From Patescibacteria group bacterium (lineage in GTDB: Bacteria; Patescibacteriota; Patescibacteriia; UBA10025; JAHIVO01), in the NCBI GenBank assembly GCA_028718605.1, contig JAQULM010000001.1, forward strand, positions 19,244 through 83,243: a stretch of 64,000 nt of DNA, read 5' to 3'. The notes under the pieces were generated by a model. It was not told where the DNA came from. It ran no database searches and saw only the letters and a program-made list of their open reading frames with translations. Shown piece after piece: positions 48,498 to 58,131 of the stretch (within the stretch, counting starts at the first letter, position 1; the number at the start of each line of letters is the position of its first letter). The translations under genes were made by a program, and so were the position numbers.

Positions 48498-49454
48498 ATG
48501 AAAATCCAAAAGTTTGCAATAATTGGTGTTGCCGGATATATTGCACCACGTCATCTCAAAGCAATAAAGGATACGAATAATACTTTAGTCGCCGCACTTG
48601 ATCCCCATGATTCAGTAGGAATACTTGATTCATTCTTTCCTGATACTCAGTTTTTTACTGAATTCGAACGTTTTGAGCGTCACGTTGAAAAATTGAAACG
48701 AGAACATAAAGGCAATGAAGTCGACTATGTTTCGATTTGCTCACCAAACTATTTACATGATTCACATGTACGTTTTGCACTTCGTGTTGGGGCTCATGCT
48801 ATTTGTGAGAAACCGCTTGTTCTTAACCCGTGGAATGTTGACGCACTTGCAGATATTGAGAAGGAAACAGGAAAACGAATTTATTCAATTTTGCAACTTC
48901 GCGTATATCCTGTATTTAAACATTTAAAAAAGAAATTTCAAAATGATAAATCAAAAGTAAAACATAATGTCATTTTGACATATATTACTTCCCGTGGTTC
49001 GTGGTACCATACATCATGGAAGGGTCAGTTTGAAAAATCAGGTGGACTCGCAACGAATATTGGAATTCATTTCTTTGATTTGTTGATCTGGTTATTCGGT
49101 AATGTGATAAGTGTTGAAGTTCATTGTAATACCCCTGAACGAATATGTGGATTTCTTGAATTAAAACATGCCAGAGTAACATGGTTTCTCTCTATTGATC
49201 ATCACAATCTACCATCAAAAGCAATTGAAAAGCATACACGCACATATCGCTCATTGATTATTGATGGTCAGGAAGTCGAATTTTCTGAAAGTTTTACAGA
49301 TTTACATACGATCGTATACCAGGAAATTCTAAAAGACCGCGGTTTTAGCCTCTCTGATATTAGACCATCAATCGCACTTGCACATGAAATACGCACAGCC
49401 AAACAGTATATCAATACTACCAACATTCATCCTCTCGGAAAACGTTATGTATAA
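48498..49454 (+). CDS. Gfo/Idh/MocA-family NAD-dependent sugar oxidoreductase (WbpB/GnnA-like UDP-sugar 3-dehydrogenase)
   Basis: 318 aa, MKIQKFAIIGVAGYIAPRHLKAIKDTNNTLVAALDP, with the EKP active-site motif (AICEKPL). Confidence 0.8.
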   Translation: MKIQKFAIIGVAGYIAPRHLKAIKDTNNTLVAALDPHDSVGILDSFFPDTQFFTEFERFERHVEKLKREHKGNEVDYVSICSPNYLHDSHVRFALRVGAHAICEKPLVLNPWNVDALADIEKETGKRIYSILQLRVYPVFKHLKKKFQNDKSKVKHNVILTYITSRGSWYHTSWKGQFEKSGGLATNIGIHFFDLLIWLFGNVISVEVHCNTPERICGFLELKHARVTWFLSIDHHNLPSKAIEKHTRTYRSLIIDGQEVEFSESFTDLHTIVYQEILKDRGFSLSDIRPSIALAHEIRTAKQYINTTNIHPLGKRYV

Positions 49455-49466
49455 ATCCAAAAAAGT

Positions 49467-50678
49467 ATGAATCTTTGTATATTCGAAGACGAGGCTTCAA
49501 ACAAATTCTTCCCCCTTTCTCTTACACGACCAGTATATGAACTTCGAATTGGGTTATTCACTTTTGAAGAACGCATTCGGTTACTTTGCAAAACATCAAC
49601 ATGTTTTTATTATTCTCGTCCTCAATTTAAAAATGTTATCCGATCATGTGGAAAAAAAATATTTTCACCAACAGTACCATTAAAGTATTGCATATTTATT
49701 AATGGGCGCATTTTGCCAAGTAAACATTTTATTGCAAAATTACAAAAAATAAAAAATGATACCTTATTTATATCGAACAAAGAATTGGTTGGAGCGGTTT
49801 TAACAGGCTCGAAAATTAAATTAGCATTTACGCAGCTCTTCTGGCAAAAACGAATTGCGGGTGCAAAAAAAATATTTATTAATGAAAAAACAATATCGAG
49901 TATTTGGCAAATAGTTAAGGATAACGATGTAGTAATTGAACAAGATAGACATTTTTTAAAAAACAGCGCACACCATTCTAATACTATATTTGAAGGTGCG
50001 CATCTCCTTAATCAAAAAAATATATATATTGGTTCACGATCTATTGTGTATCCCTCAACAGTCATTGATGCACAAAACGGTTTTGTTTACATTGGAAATA
50101 GTGTAACAATTCATTCAAATTGTAGTATTAAAGGCCCATGTGCAATTTTAAGCGGTTCAACAATTAATTCAAATGCTGTTATAGGACCCGGGACATCAAT
50201 TGGTCCAAAATCAAAAATTGGTGGTGAAGTCACCCATACGATTATTCAAGGATATACGAATAAACAACATGAAGGATTTCTTGGACACTCATATATTGGT
50301 TCGTGGTGTAACATTGGCGCTGGCTCATCTAACAGTGACTTAAAAAATAACTATGGATCTGTATCTGTATTATTGGATAGAATAGAATATAATACTCACC
50401 AGCAATTTGTTGGTCTGTTTATGGGTGACCATAGTAAGGCAGGCATCGGCACGCTGTTTAATACCGGTACAGTCGTTGGTATTGGTGTAAACGTATTTGG
50501 TGGCGGTATTACACCAAAATATATTCCATCATTCTCTTGGCTTAATCTACGTGGAACACGCGAGAAATATAAGTTTGATAAATTTATTAAGACAGCCAGA
50601 ATTGTTCAAAAACGCCGTGGAATAACTCTATCGGCTGCGGAAACTTCACTTCTCAAGAAAATTGCAAAAGTCACATAA
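49467..50678 (+). CDS. Left-handed beta-helix (hexapeptide-repeat) protein, GlmU-like putative sugar nucleotidyl/acyl-transferase
   Basis: 403 aa. The C-terminal half has hexapeptide repeats (GNSVTIHSNCSIKGPCAILSGSTINSNAVIGPGTSIGPKSKIGGEV...). The N-terminal ~190 aa lacks a canonical GxGxR nucleotidyltransferase motif. Proteins of this architecture typically accompany WbpB/WbpE-like genes. Confidence 0.45.
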   Translation: MNLCIFEDEASNKFFPLSLTRPVYELRIGLFTFEERIRLLCKTSTCFYYSRPQFKNVIRSCGKKIFSPTVPLKYCIFINGRILPSKHFIAKLQKIKNDTLFISNKELVGAVLTGSKIKLAFTQLFWQKRIAGAKKIFINEKTISSIWQIVKDNDVVIEQDRHFLKNSAHHSNTIFEGAHLLNQKNIYIGSRSIVYPSTVIDAQNGFVYIGNSVTIHSNCSIKGPCAILSGSTINSNAVIGPGTSIGPKSKIGGEVTHTIIQGYTNKQHEGFLGHSYIGSWCNIGAGSSNSDLKNNYGSVSVLLDRIEYNTHQQFVGLFMGDHSKAGIGTLFNTGTVVGIGVNVFGGGITPKYIPSFSWLNLRGTREKYKFDKFIKTARIVQKRRGITLSAAETSLLKKIAKVT

Positions 50679-50711
50679 TCGCCATAAGATCAAATCTCAC
50701 ATGTTATCTCA

Positions 50712-51368
50712 TTGTCAGATGGTCTGATTTTTGATATACTTCAGAAGAATCTGTCTTTTTATCATTACATTTATTCTATTGCTATGCGAGCAAAAGGGGG
50801 AAAAAAATATTACGTCCATCCGACATCAATCATTGATTATGGCGTAAAAATTGGCAACAAAACTAAAATCTGGCATTTTTGCCACATAATGGCTGGTGCT
50901 CGAATTGGACATAACTGCTCTTTAGGTCAGAATGTTTATGTAGGAGGTAAAGCTGTAATTGGTAACTATGTCCGTATTCAAAATAACGTTTCTGTATATG
51001 ACGAAGTTGTTTTGAAGGATTATGTATTTTGTGGACCATCTACGGTTTTTACAAATGATGTAAATCCACGTTCCAAATATCCAAAACATGGTCATTATGT
51101 GTCAACTTTAGTTAAGGAGGGTGCGAGTATTGGGGCCAATGCGACTATTATTTGTGGAACAATAATTGGTGAGCATGCGTTCGTTGGGGCTGGTTCGGTT
51201 GTAACAAGGAATGTATTGAACTATTCAATCGTATACGGGAATCCTGCTCGACAACATGGTTGGATGTGTGAGTGTGGAGAAAAATTACAGTTTGACCAAA
51301 AAACAATGCAATGTTCAAAATGTCATATAAAATACAGAAAATCTCATGATAAGATAATTAAATTATAA
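50712..51368 (+). CDS. Hexapeptide-repeat sugar N-acetyltransferase (WbpD-like) with a C-terminal zinc-ribbon
   Basis: 218 aa (an alternative start ATG at 50784 would give 194 aa). The LbH repeats include [24 protein letters not shown]...[25 protein letters not shown]. The tail [20 protein letters not shown] is a CxxC...CxxC motif. Confidence 0.7.
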   Translation: MSDGLIFDILQKNLSFYHYIYSIAMRAKGGKKYYVHPTSIIDYGVKIGNKTKIWHFCHIMAGARIGHNCSLGQNVYVGGKAVIGNYVRIQNNVSVYDEVVLKDYVFCGPSTVFTNDVNPRSKYPKHGHYVSTLVKEGASIGANATIICGTIIGEHAFVGAGSVVTRNVLNYSIVYGNPARQHGWMCECGEKLQFDQKTMQCSKCHIKYRKSHDKIIKL

Positions 51369-51370
51369 GA

Positions 51371-52474
51371 ATGGAATTTTTGGACCTGAAGCTTCAATAT
51401 AAAAATATTCAAAAAGATATTGATACGGCAATAAAAGGAATATTAAATTCTTGTGTTTTTATCATGGGAAAGGCTGTCACCGATCTTGAGGAAAAAATCG
51501 CTGCTTATTGCAATGTTAAATATGGAATTGGCTTAAATTCAGGCAGTGATGCTTTGTTTGTTGCATTAAAGGCATTAAATATCGGGGAGGGTGATGAAGT
51601 TATAACTACTCCTTTTACTTTTGTTTCTACGGCCGAGGCTATTGTTTTAGTGGGTGCAAAACCCGTTTTTGTTGATATCGATTTAAAAACATTTAACATT
51701 GATCCTAATAAAATTGAAAAAAAAATTACAAATAAAACTCGAGCTATTATTCTTGTGCATTTATACGGTCAACCTGCCGATATGGATCCAATTTTGAAAA
51801 TAACTAAAAAATATAAATTATATGTGATCGAGGATGCAGCTCAAGCTTTGGGTGCAAAATATAATAGACGACAAGTTTGTTCATTTGGTGACGTCGGTTG
51901 TCTTTCATTTTTTCCATCAAAAAATTTCGGGGCTTATGGCGATGGAGGCATGCTAGTAACTAATAATAAAAAAATTGCTAATTATGCAAAAATGTGGCGA
52001 GTCCATGGTGCTAAAAAAAAATATCTTCACAAATTTATCGGAGATAACTCTCGCTTAGATAATATACAAGCAGCAATTTTGCTGGTTAAATTAAAATATT
52101 TAAATAAATGGAATAACTTGCGCACTAAAAAAGCACTATTATATACTCAAATGCTTAATAATCCAGGCGTGATAACTCCATATATTAACCCAAAATGTAC
52201 TCATATATATCATCAATATACTATTATTGTTAGAAAAAGACGAAATGAATTAGTTCATTATCTTAAGCAATGTGGAATACCTTCAATTATCTACTATCCC
52301 CTCCCTCTTCATTTACAACCCGCTTTTAAGTATTTAAAATATTCAGCAGGTGATTTCCCAATGGCTGAACAGGCGAGTCAACAAGTACTCTCATTACCAA
52401 TATATCCTGAGATTTCGACCGAAAATCAGAAAAAAATAGTAAATAGAATCGAATGTTTTTTAAATAAAAAATAA
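51371..52474 (+). CDS. DegT/DnrJ/EryC1/StrS-family PLP sugar aminotransferase (WbpE-like)
   Basis: 367 aa, characteristic LNSGSDALFVALKAL...GDEVITTPFTFVSTAEAI and the catalytic-Lys region SFFPSKNFGAYGDGG. Confidence 0.85.
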   Translation: MEFLDLKLQYKNIQKDIDTAIKGILNSCVFIMGKAVTDLEEKIAAYCNVKYGIGLNSGSDALFVALKALNIGEGDEVITTPFTFVSTAEAIVLVGAKPVFVDIDLKTFNIDPNKIEKKITNKTRAIILVHLYGQPADMDPILKITKKYKLYVIEDAAQALGAKYNRRQVCSFGDVGCLSFFPSKNFGAYGDGGMLVTNNKKIANYAKMWRVHGAKKKYLHKFIGDNSRLDNIQAAILLVKLKYLNKWNNLRTKKALLYTQMLNNPGVITPYINPKCTHIYHQYTIIVRKRRNELVHYLKQCGIPSIIYYPLPLHLQPAFKYLKYSAGDFPMAEQASQQVLSLPIYPEISTENQKKIVNRIECFLNKK

Positions 52475-52498
52475 ACATTGAAAATAATAAATTAAGAT

Positions 52499-53215
52499 AT
52501 GATAAATCATAAAAAAATTTTGGCCGTTATACCAGCGCGCGGCGGTTCGAAACGCATACCCCATAAAAATATTCGGTTATTGGGAGGAAAACCATTAATT
52601 TCATATTCAATTAAGGCTACTCGACAATCCAAACTTGTTGACTTAACTATTGTCTCAACAGACGACCAAAACATATCAATGATTGCTAAGAAAAATGGTG
52701 CGGAAGTGCCATTTATCAGACCATCCAAGCTAGCAACAAGCAAGTCGAAAACCATTGATGTGTTAATTCATGCAGTTAATTTTATTGAGCGCCATAACAA
52801 GAAAATATTTGATATCATCGCTCTTATTCAGCCAACGTCTCCTTTTATTCTTCCCGAAGATATCGATCGAGCAATTGAGAATTTAGAAAAAACAAATGCG
52901 AATTGTTGTATATCTTTATGTGAAATTAGTGAAAGGCCGGAATGGATGTATAGAGTAAATAATAATAAAGTTTTTCCATTTGGTACTCGAATACATAATA
53001 TTAATAAACGTAGCCAGGATTTAAAAAAAATATTTCGTATCAACGGTGCTGCATATATTATTAGAAGGGAAATACTTTTAAATAAAAAAATGATTATAGA
53101 TGAGAATAATCTTACAGCAATTATTATGCCGCGTGAGCGTTCTATAGACATTGATGAATTAATTGATCTTCAACTTGCTGAAATAATTTTGAAAAATAAT
53201 TTTATTGACCAATAA
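52499..53215 (+). CDS. CMP-nonulosonic acid synthetase (NeuA/LegF-like acylneuraminate cytidylyltransferase)
   Basis: 238 aa, KKILAVIPARGGSKRIPHKNIRLLGGKPLISYSI (CTP-transferase type 3). Confidence 0.8.
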   Translation: MINHKKILAVIPARGGSKRIPHKNIRLLGGKPLISYSIKATRQSKLVDLTIVSTDDQNISMIAKKNGAEVPFIRPSKLATSKSKTIDVLIHAVNFIERHNKKIFDIIALIQPTSPFILPEDIDRAIENLEKTNANCCISLCEISERPEWMYRVNNNKVFPFGTRIHNINKRSQDLKKIFRINGAAYIIRREILLNKKMIIDENNLTAIIMPRERSIDIDELIDLQLAEIILKNNFIDQ

Positions 53216-54275
53216 AAAAATTGTGAAAATAATAATTGAAGGCAAACCCATTAGTTATAAGGATAATCCTTTTATCATCGCTGAGGCTGGTGTTAATCAT
53301 AACGGTAATCTTAATCTTGCCTTAAAACTTGTTGATGCAGCAGCAAATGCCGGTGCCGATGCTGTAAAATTTCAAACATTCAAAGCAAATCAAGTTGTGA
53401 TAAATAATACAGAAATGGCAGAATATCAAAAAAGAAACACTAAAATTACGCAAAATCAGCAAGAAATGCTAAAAAAAATAGAACTTAAGGAAAACTTTTA
53501 TTATCCAATTATTCACCGGTGTAAAAAAAGGAAGATAACCTTTCTCTCAACACCTCATGGAGGGTTTGAAAGTATTAAATTTTTGCAAAAGTTAAATATT
53601 CCAGCCATTAAATTTGGTTCTGGTGATTTAACAAATTTTCCTGTTCTTGAATATGCTGCTAAGCTTGGCCTACCTATAATTTTAAGTACAGGCATGGCTA
53701 CACTTAAAGAAGTAAGACGGGCTATAAATGTAATAAAAAAGACTCATAACAAAAAGATTATAGTCCTCCAGGCTACAACTAATTATCCTTGTCCGTTGAA
53801 TGAGGTTAATCTCAATGCAATGCGAGCTATGATGAAAAAGTTAGATGTTTTAATTGGTTTATCTGACCATACTCTCGATATCGAAGTACCTATTATGGCT
53901 GCCACCCTCGGCGCATGTGTTATTGAAAAGCATTTTACTCTGGATAAAAAACTACCTGGTCCCGATCATAAAGCTTCTTTAGATCCGCATGAGCTTAAAA
54001 ATATGGTTAATAAAATTAAAAACATAAAAACTATTCTTGGTTCCTTTATTAAAAAACCTAGCAATAGTGAATTAAAAATGATGAGAGTGGTAAGAAAAAG
54101 TATTGTTTCGCTTAGTTCAATAAAAAAAGGAGAATTATTAACAACAAATAATATCGGTATAAAAAGACCCGGAAATGGTATTCAACCACGTTATTACTAT
54201 AAAATATTGGGTAAAAAAGCTAGTGTTAATATTAAGGCTGATGAATTAATTCAAAGAAGATATTATGACAAATAA
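53205..54275 (+). CDS. Nonulosonic acid synthase (NeuB/LegI-like, PEP-dependent condensing enzyme with SAF domain)
   Basis: 356 aa, PFIIAEAGVNHNGNLNLALKLVDAAANAGADAVKFQTF, with a C-terminal SAF/antifreeze-like domain. It overlaps the upstream gene by 11 bp. Confidence 0.85.
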   Translation: MTNKKIVKIIIEGKPISYKDNPFIIAEAGVNHNGNLNLALKLVDAAANAGADAVKFQTFKANQVVINNTEMAEYQKRNTKITQNQQEMLKKIELKENFYYPIIHRCKKRKITFLSTPHGGFESIKFLQKLNIPAIKFGSGDLTNFPVLEYAAKLGLPIILSTGMATLKEVRRAINVIKKTHNKKIIVLQATTNYPCPLNEVNLNAMRAMMKKLDVLIGLSDHTLDIEVPIMAATLGACVIEKHFTLDKKLPGPDHKASLDPHELKNMVNKIKNIKTILGSFIKKPSNSELKMMRVVRKSIVSLSSIKKGELLTTNNIGIKRPGNGIQPRYYYKILGKKASVNIKADELIQRRYYDK

Positions 54276-55422
54276 AAAAAGAAAAATTGCATATATAACT
54301 GGAACGAGAGCCGATTTTGGATTAATGACATCTGTCCTCTCTGCAATTCAACAAAGTAAAAAACTGGAGCTCCAAATTTATATTACTGGTATGCATTTAA
54401 TGAAACAATTTGGAAATACAATTTCTGAAGTAAAAAAAGAATTTCCTCTGGCAAAAAAAATTAATGCCACTTTCCAAAAGGATAATCTAACTAGTATGGC
54501 TCAATTTACCGGCCAATTTCTTCAAAAGTTAATTAAGTTATTCATTGCAGATAAACCTGATTTTGTGCTGACTCTGGGTGATCGCGCAGAAATGATATGT
54601 ACGGCATTAGCTTGTTCATATCTCAATATTCCAACTGGTCAATTGCACGGAGGAGAAAAATCTTCAACTGTTGATGAAACTGTACGTCACGCTATTACAA
54701 AACTATCCCATCTTCATTTTCCGGCTACAAGAGTGTCAGCAAAACGTATTGAGCAAATGGGTGAAGAAAAATGGCGGATTCATGTCGTTGGAGCTCCGGC
54801 ACTTGATGTAATTTTAAATCAAAAATTACCTACGAGGAAAGAATTGTTCGAAAAATTAAAAATTAATACAAATCAGAAAATTATTTTAGTAACACAACAT
54901 CCTGTTAGCGGTGAATGGCATCGTTCAACGCAACAAATGAAAGAAACTCTAAAAGCAGTTAAATTTCTTCAGCTACCCGTTATTGTGACTTTCCCAAATG
55001 CGGATGCTGGCGGACGTGCTATGATAAAAGAAATACGTAAAGAAGGTAAAAATCCGCTTTTTCATATATTTCCCAATATTGAATATAAGTACTTTTTAGC
55101 CCTTGAGCGTGAAGTCTCTGTGTGGGTTGGGAATAGTAGTGGAGCCATGATTGAATCATCTGCTTTTCATCTTCCTGTGGTTAATATTGGTACACGTCAA
55201 TTTGGTCGTCAACGAGGTGCAAATGTTATTGATGTCGGTTATTTAAGAAAAGAAATTACTAAAGCAATTAATAAATCACTTAATGATAAAGTATATTTAG
55301 AAAAAATTGCAAAAAGTAAAAGTCCATGGGGTGATGGTAAAACTAGTCAAAGGGTTGTAAAAATACTAGAAAAGCTTCATATTGATTCCAAACTAGTTAA
55401 TAAACAATTAACGTATGTCTAA
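54265..55422 (+). CDS. UDP-N-acetylglucosamine 2-epimerase, hydrolysing (NeuC/LegG-like)
   Basis: 385 aa, KIAYITGTRADFGLMTSVL...YITGMHL. The active-site motif HGGE matches the hydrolysing 2-epimerase subgroup. It overlaps the upstream gene by 11 bp. Confidence 0.85.
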   Translation: MTNKKRKIAYITGTRADFGLMTSVLSAIQQSKKLELQIYITGMHLMKQFGNTISEVKKEFPLAKKINATFQKDNLTSMAQFTGQFLQKLIKLFIADKPDFVLTLGDRAEMICTALACSYLNIPTGQLHGGEKSSTVDETVRHAITKLSHLHFPATRVSAKRIEQMGEEKWRIHVVGAPALDVILNQKLPTRKELFEKLKINTNQKIILVTQHPVSGEWHRSTQQMKETLKAVKFLQLPVIVTFPNADAGGRAMIKEIRKEGKNPLFHIFPNIEYKYFLALEREVSVWVGNSSGAMIESSAFHLPVVNIGTRQFGRQRGANVIDVGYLRKEITKAINKSLNDKVYLEKIAKSKSPWGDGKTSQRVVKILEKLHIDSKLVNKQLTYV

Positions 55423-56047
55423 AAAGGTTATTATTATTGGCGCTGGCGAAAACGGATATGTTATTGCCAATACTTTAAAAAAAAGATATACAATTGTAGG
55501 CTTTTTAGATGATATAAAAAGAGGAAAAGATATCATTGGACACACAAATGATTATAAAAAATATATAAAAAAGTTTTATTATTTTATTAGTATCGGAAAT
55601 AATCAAAATAGGAAAATCATTTATCTTAAATTAAAAAAAGATGGTGTACGTTTTGTTAATGCCATACATGAAACATCTTTTTGTGAAAAAAATGTTACAT
55701 TTGGTGATAATATTTTTATAGGTGCAAATTGTTATATAAATATTCGTTCAAAAATTGGTAATAATGTTTTCATAAATAATGGGTGCCTTATAGAACATGA
55801 TAATAGTATTGGCGATCACAGTCATCTTACTCCTATGGTAGTTACGGGCGGTGGAGTTTATATTGGTGAAAAAGCGTTTATAGGTCTTGGTGCAGTCATT
55901 AATGACCATATTAAAATAGGCAATAATGTAACGATAGGCTCTGGGTCAGTAGTTGTTGATAATATTTGCTCGAATTCAACAGCAGTGGGTATCCCTGCAA
56001 AAATTATTAAATTTAAAAAAAATGTTAAAGGAATATCACCTTTCTAA
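55415..56047 (+). CDS. NeuD/PglD/LegH-like hexapeptide sugar N-acetyltransferase
   Basis: 210 aa with an N-terminal Rossmann-like KKVIIIGAGENGYVIANTL and C-terminal LbH repeats. It overlaps the upstream gene by 8 bp. Confidence 0.7.
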   Translation: MSKKVIIIGAGENGYVIANTLKKRYTIVGFLDDIKRGKDIIGHTNDYKKYIKKFYYFISIGNNQNRKIIYLKLKKDGVRFVNAIHETSFCEKNVTFGDNIFIGANCYINIRSKIGNNVFINNGCLIEHDNSIGDHSHLTPMVVTGGGVYIGEKAFIGLGAVINDHIKIGNNVTIGSGSVVVDNICSNSTAVGIPAKIIKFKKNVKGISPF

Positions 56048-57143
56048 GCCATTTATCACAAATCAGGAAAAACGAGCTGTTACTGAGGTATTAAATTCAG
56101 GTCAACTTAGTCTTGGTTCGAAATATAAAAAATTTGAAAAAATGTTTTCTAAAAAAATAGGAACCAAGTACGCATGTTGTGTCAGTAGCGGTACGGCTGG
56201 TTTACATTTAGCTATGATTGCTACAGGGATAAAGCAAGGCGACGAAGTAATTACAACGCCCTTTTCTTTTATCGCATCTGCAAATTGTATTTTATATGTC
56301 GGTGCGAAACCTGTTTTTTGCGATATAGATCCGTTAACTTATAACATCGATCCCAAAGAAATCGAAGATAAAATTACTAAAAAAACAAAGGCTATACTGG
56401 TCGTTCATATTTTTGGACAATCATCAGACATGACCCCAATAATGAAGTTAGCAAAACGATACAAATTAAAAGTAATTGAAGATGCCTGTGAGTCAATAGA
56501 TGCAACTTATAAAGGAAAAAAGGTTGGAACATTTGGCGAGCTAGGCGTTTTTGCTTTTTATCCTAATAAACAGATGACCACTGGTGAAGGAGGAATGATA
56601 GTAACTAATAATAAAAAAATATACCAACTATGTTGCAGTTTGAGAAATCAAGGTCGTGCAGAGAGTATGGATTGGCTTGATCATAAATACTTAGGTTATA
56701 ACTATCGTATAGATGAAATGAGCGCTGCAATCGGTATTGCTCAACTAAAAAAACTTAATTTTTTAATAAAGCAAAGGCGTACGATTGCAAATTATTATTC
56801 TCACTTCTTAAAAAAATATTCGAAAGATATCCAAGTTCCTTTCATACATAAGCATAATACTCATACATGGTTTGTTTATGTTATTAAGTTGTTGAATACC
56901 AAAATTAATAGGGATAAATTGATTTTACAACTGAAAAAACAAGGAATTCACACTAAGGCCTATCTTCCGTCTATTCATTTATTTGAATTTTATCAGAAAA
57001 AATATAATTATAAAAAAGGAATTTTCCCAATTTCAGAAAATACCAGTAGGTATTCTTTAGCTCTTCCATTCTATATAGGATTATCTAAAAGTGATGTTAA
57101 ATTTATTATTAATAAACTAATTAAGGCTATAAAATATGCTTAA
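56022..57143 (+). CDS. DegT-family PLP aminotransferase (LegC/PseC-like)
   Basis: The start is trimmed to ATG 56022 (MLKEYHLSKPFITNQEKRAVTEVLNSGQLSLG). The longer 55953 ORF would overlap neuD by 95 bp. The catalytic region is AFYPNKQMTTGEGG. Confidence 0.8.
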   Translation: MLKEYHLSKPFITNQEKRAVTEVLNSGQLSLGSKYKKFEKMFSKKIGTKYACCVSSGTAGLHLAMIATGIKQGDEVITTPFSFIASANCILYVGAKPVFCDIDPLTYNIDPKEIEDKITKKTKAILVVHIFGQSSDMTPIMKLAKRYKLKVIEDACESIDATYKGKKVGTFGELGVFAFYPNKQMTTGEGGMIVTNNKKIYQLCCSLRNQGRAESMDWLDHKYLGYNYRIDEMSAAIGIAQLKKLNFLIKQRRTIANYYSHFLKKYSKDIQVPFIHKHNTHTWFVYVIKLLNTKINRDKLILQLKKQGIHTKAYLPSIHLFEFYQKKYNYKKGIFPISENTSRYSLALPFYIGLSKSDVKFIINKLIKAIKYA

Positions 57144-58131
57144 TGTTTTTAAAAACAAAATACTCGCCGTTACGGGTGGAACGGGTAGCATAGGTTCTGA
57201 ACTAGTAAAACATTTGCTCGTTTATAAACCGAAACAAATAAGGATTATCTCAAGAGATGACAGTAGACAATATTATCTCAAGGAAGAACTCAATAGTCCG
57301 TCCAATGTAAGGTTTTTAATCGGCGATATAAGGGACATAAATCGTCTTGATTTTGGTTTTCAAAACGTAGATATTGTTTTTCATGCCGCGGCACTGAAGC
57401 ATGTTCCTCTCTGCGAGTATAATCCCTTTGAGGCTATTAAAACCAATATAATGGGCACCCAAAATGTAATTGAAGCCGCATTGCACAATCATGTTAAAAA
57501 AGTAATTGCTATTTCTACAGATAAAGCAGTCAATCCAACTAATATTATGGGTACCTCAAAATTAATGATGGAAAAGCAGTTCATTAATGCTAATTATTAT
57601 ATTGGCAATGCTAAGACAAAATTTTCTTGTGTCAGATTTGGTAATGTTGCGTGGGCGCGCGGGTCAGTACTGCCACTATGGAAAAAACAAGCCGATAGAG
57701 ATGGGGTAATAAAAATTACCAACCCAGAAATGACAAGATTTTTCATGTCAATAAATGAAGCTGTTCAACTTGTTTTACAAACAGTTCATCTTACTAAAGG
57801 CGGCGAGATTTTTATTCTCAAAATGCCATCTATTAAAATTAATGATTTAGCAAAACTATTCGTTAAGAAATACTATTCAAATAAACCTATCAAAATTAAA
57901 ATAATCGGTAAGCGTCCTGGTGAAAAAAAACACGAGAAGCTACTTGATGGTAGTGATCAGTTAAAAACAATCTTTGAAAATAAGACGATGCTAATTGTAA
58001 TTCCAGAAATTCAAATATATGGATTGAGGAAGCTACATTATCAATATCCTCATTTAAGAACAAACAAAAAAATAAACAGCTTTTGTTCAAAAGATTACAT
58101 AAGCACTCAAAAAGTCAATGCAATCATATAA
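57136..58131 (+). CDS. UDP-GlcNAc 4,6-dehydratase (PseB/FlaA1/CapD-like short-chain dehydratase)
   Basis: 331 aa, NKILAVTGGTGSIGSELVKHLL with the TGGTGS signature of the PseB/CapD family. It overlaps the upstream gene by 8 bp. Confidence 0.8.
   Translation: MLNVFKNKILAVTGGTGSIGSELVKHLLVYKPKQIRIISRDDSRQYYLKEELNSPSNVRFLIGDIRDINRLDFGFQNVDIVFHAAALKHVPLCEYNPFEAIKTNIMGTQNVIEAALHNHVKKVIAISTDKAVNPTNIMGTSKLMMEKQFINANYYIGNAKTKFSCVRFGNVAWARGSVLPLWKKQADRDGVIKITNPEMTRFFMSINEAVQLVLQTVHLTKGGEIFILKMPSIKINDLAKLFVKKYYSNKPIKIKIIGKRPGEKKHEKLLDGSDQLKTIFENKTMLIVIPEIQIYGLRKLHYQYPHLRTNKKINSFCSKDYISTQKVNAII

Noticed and set aside
55953-56021. Longer start for the second DegT aminotransferase
   Set aside because: The extension overlaps the neuD-like gene by 95 bp and adds non-homologous residues. 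The ATG at 56022 gives the conserved aminotransferase N-terminus.
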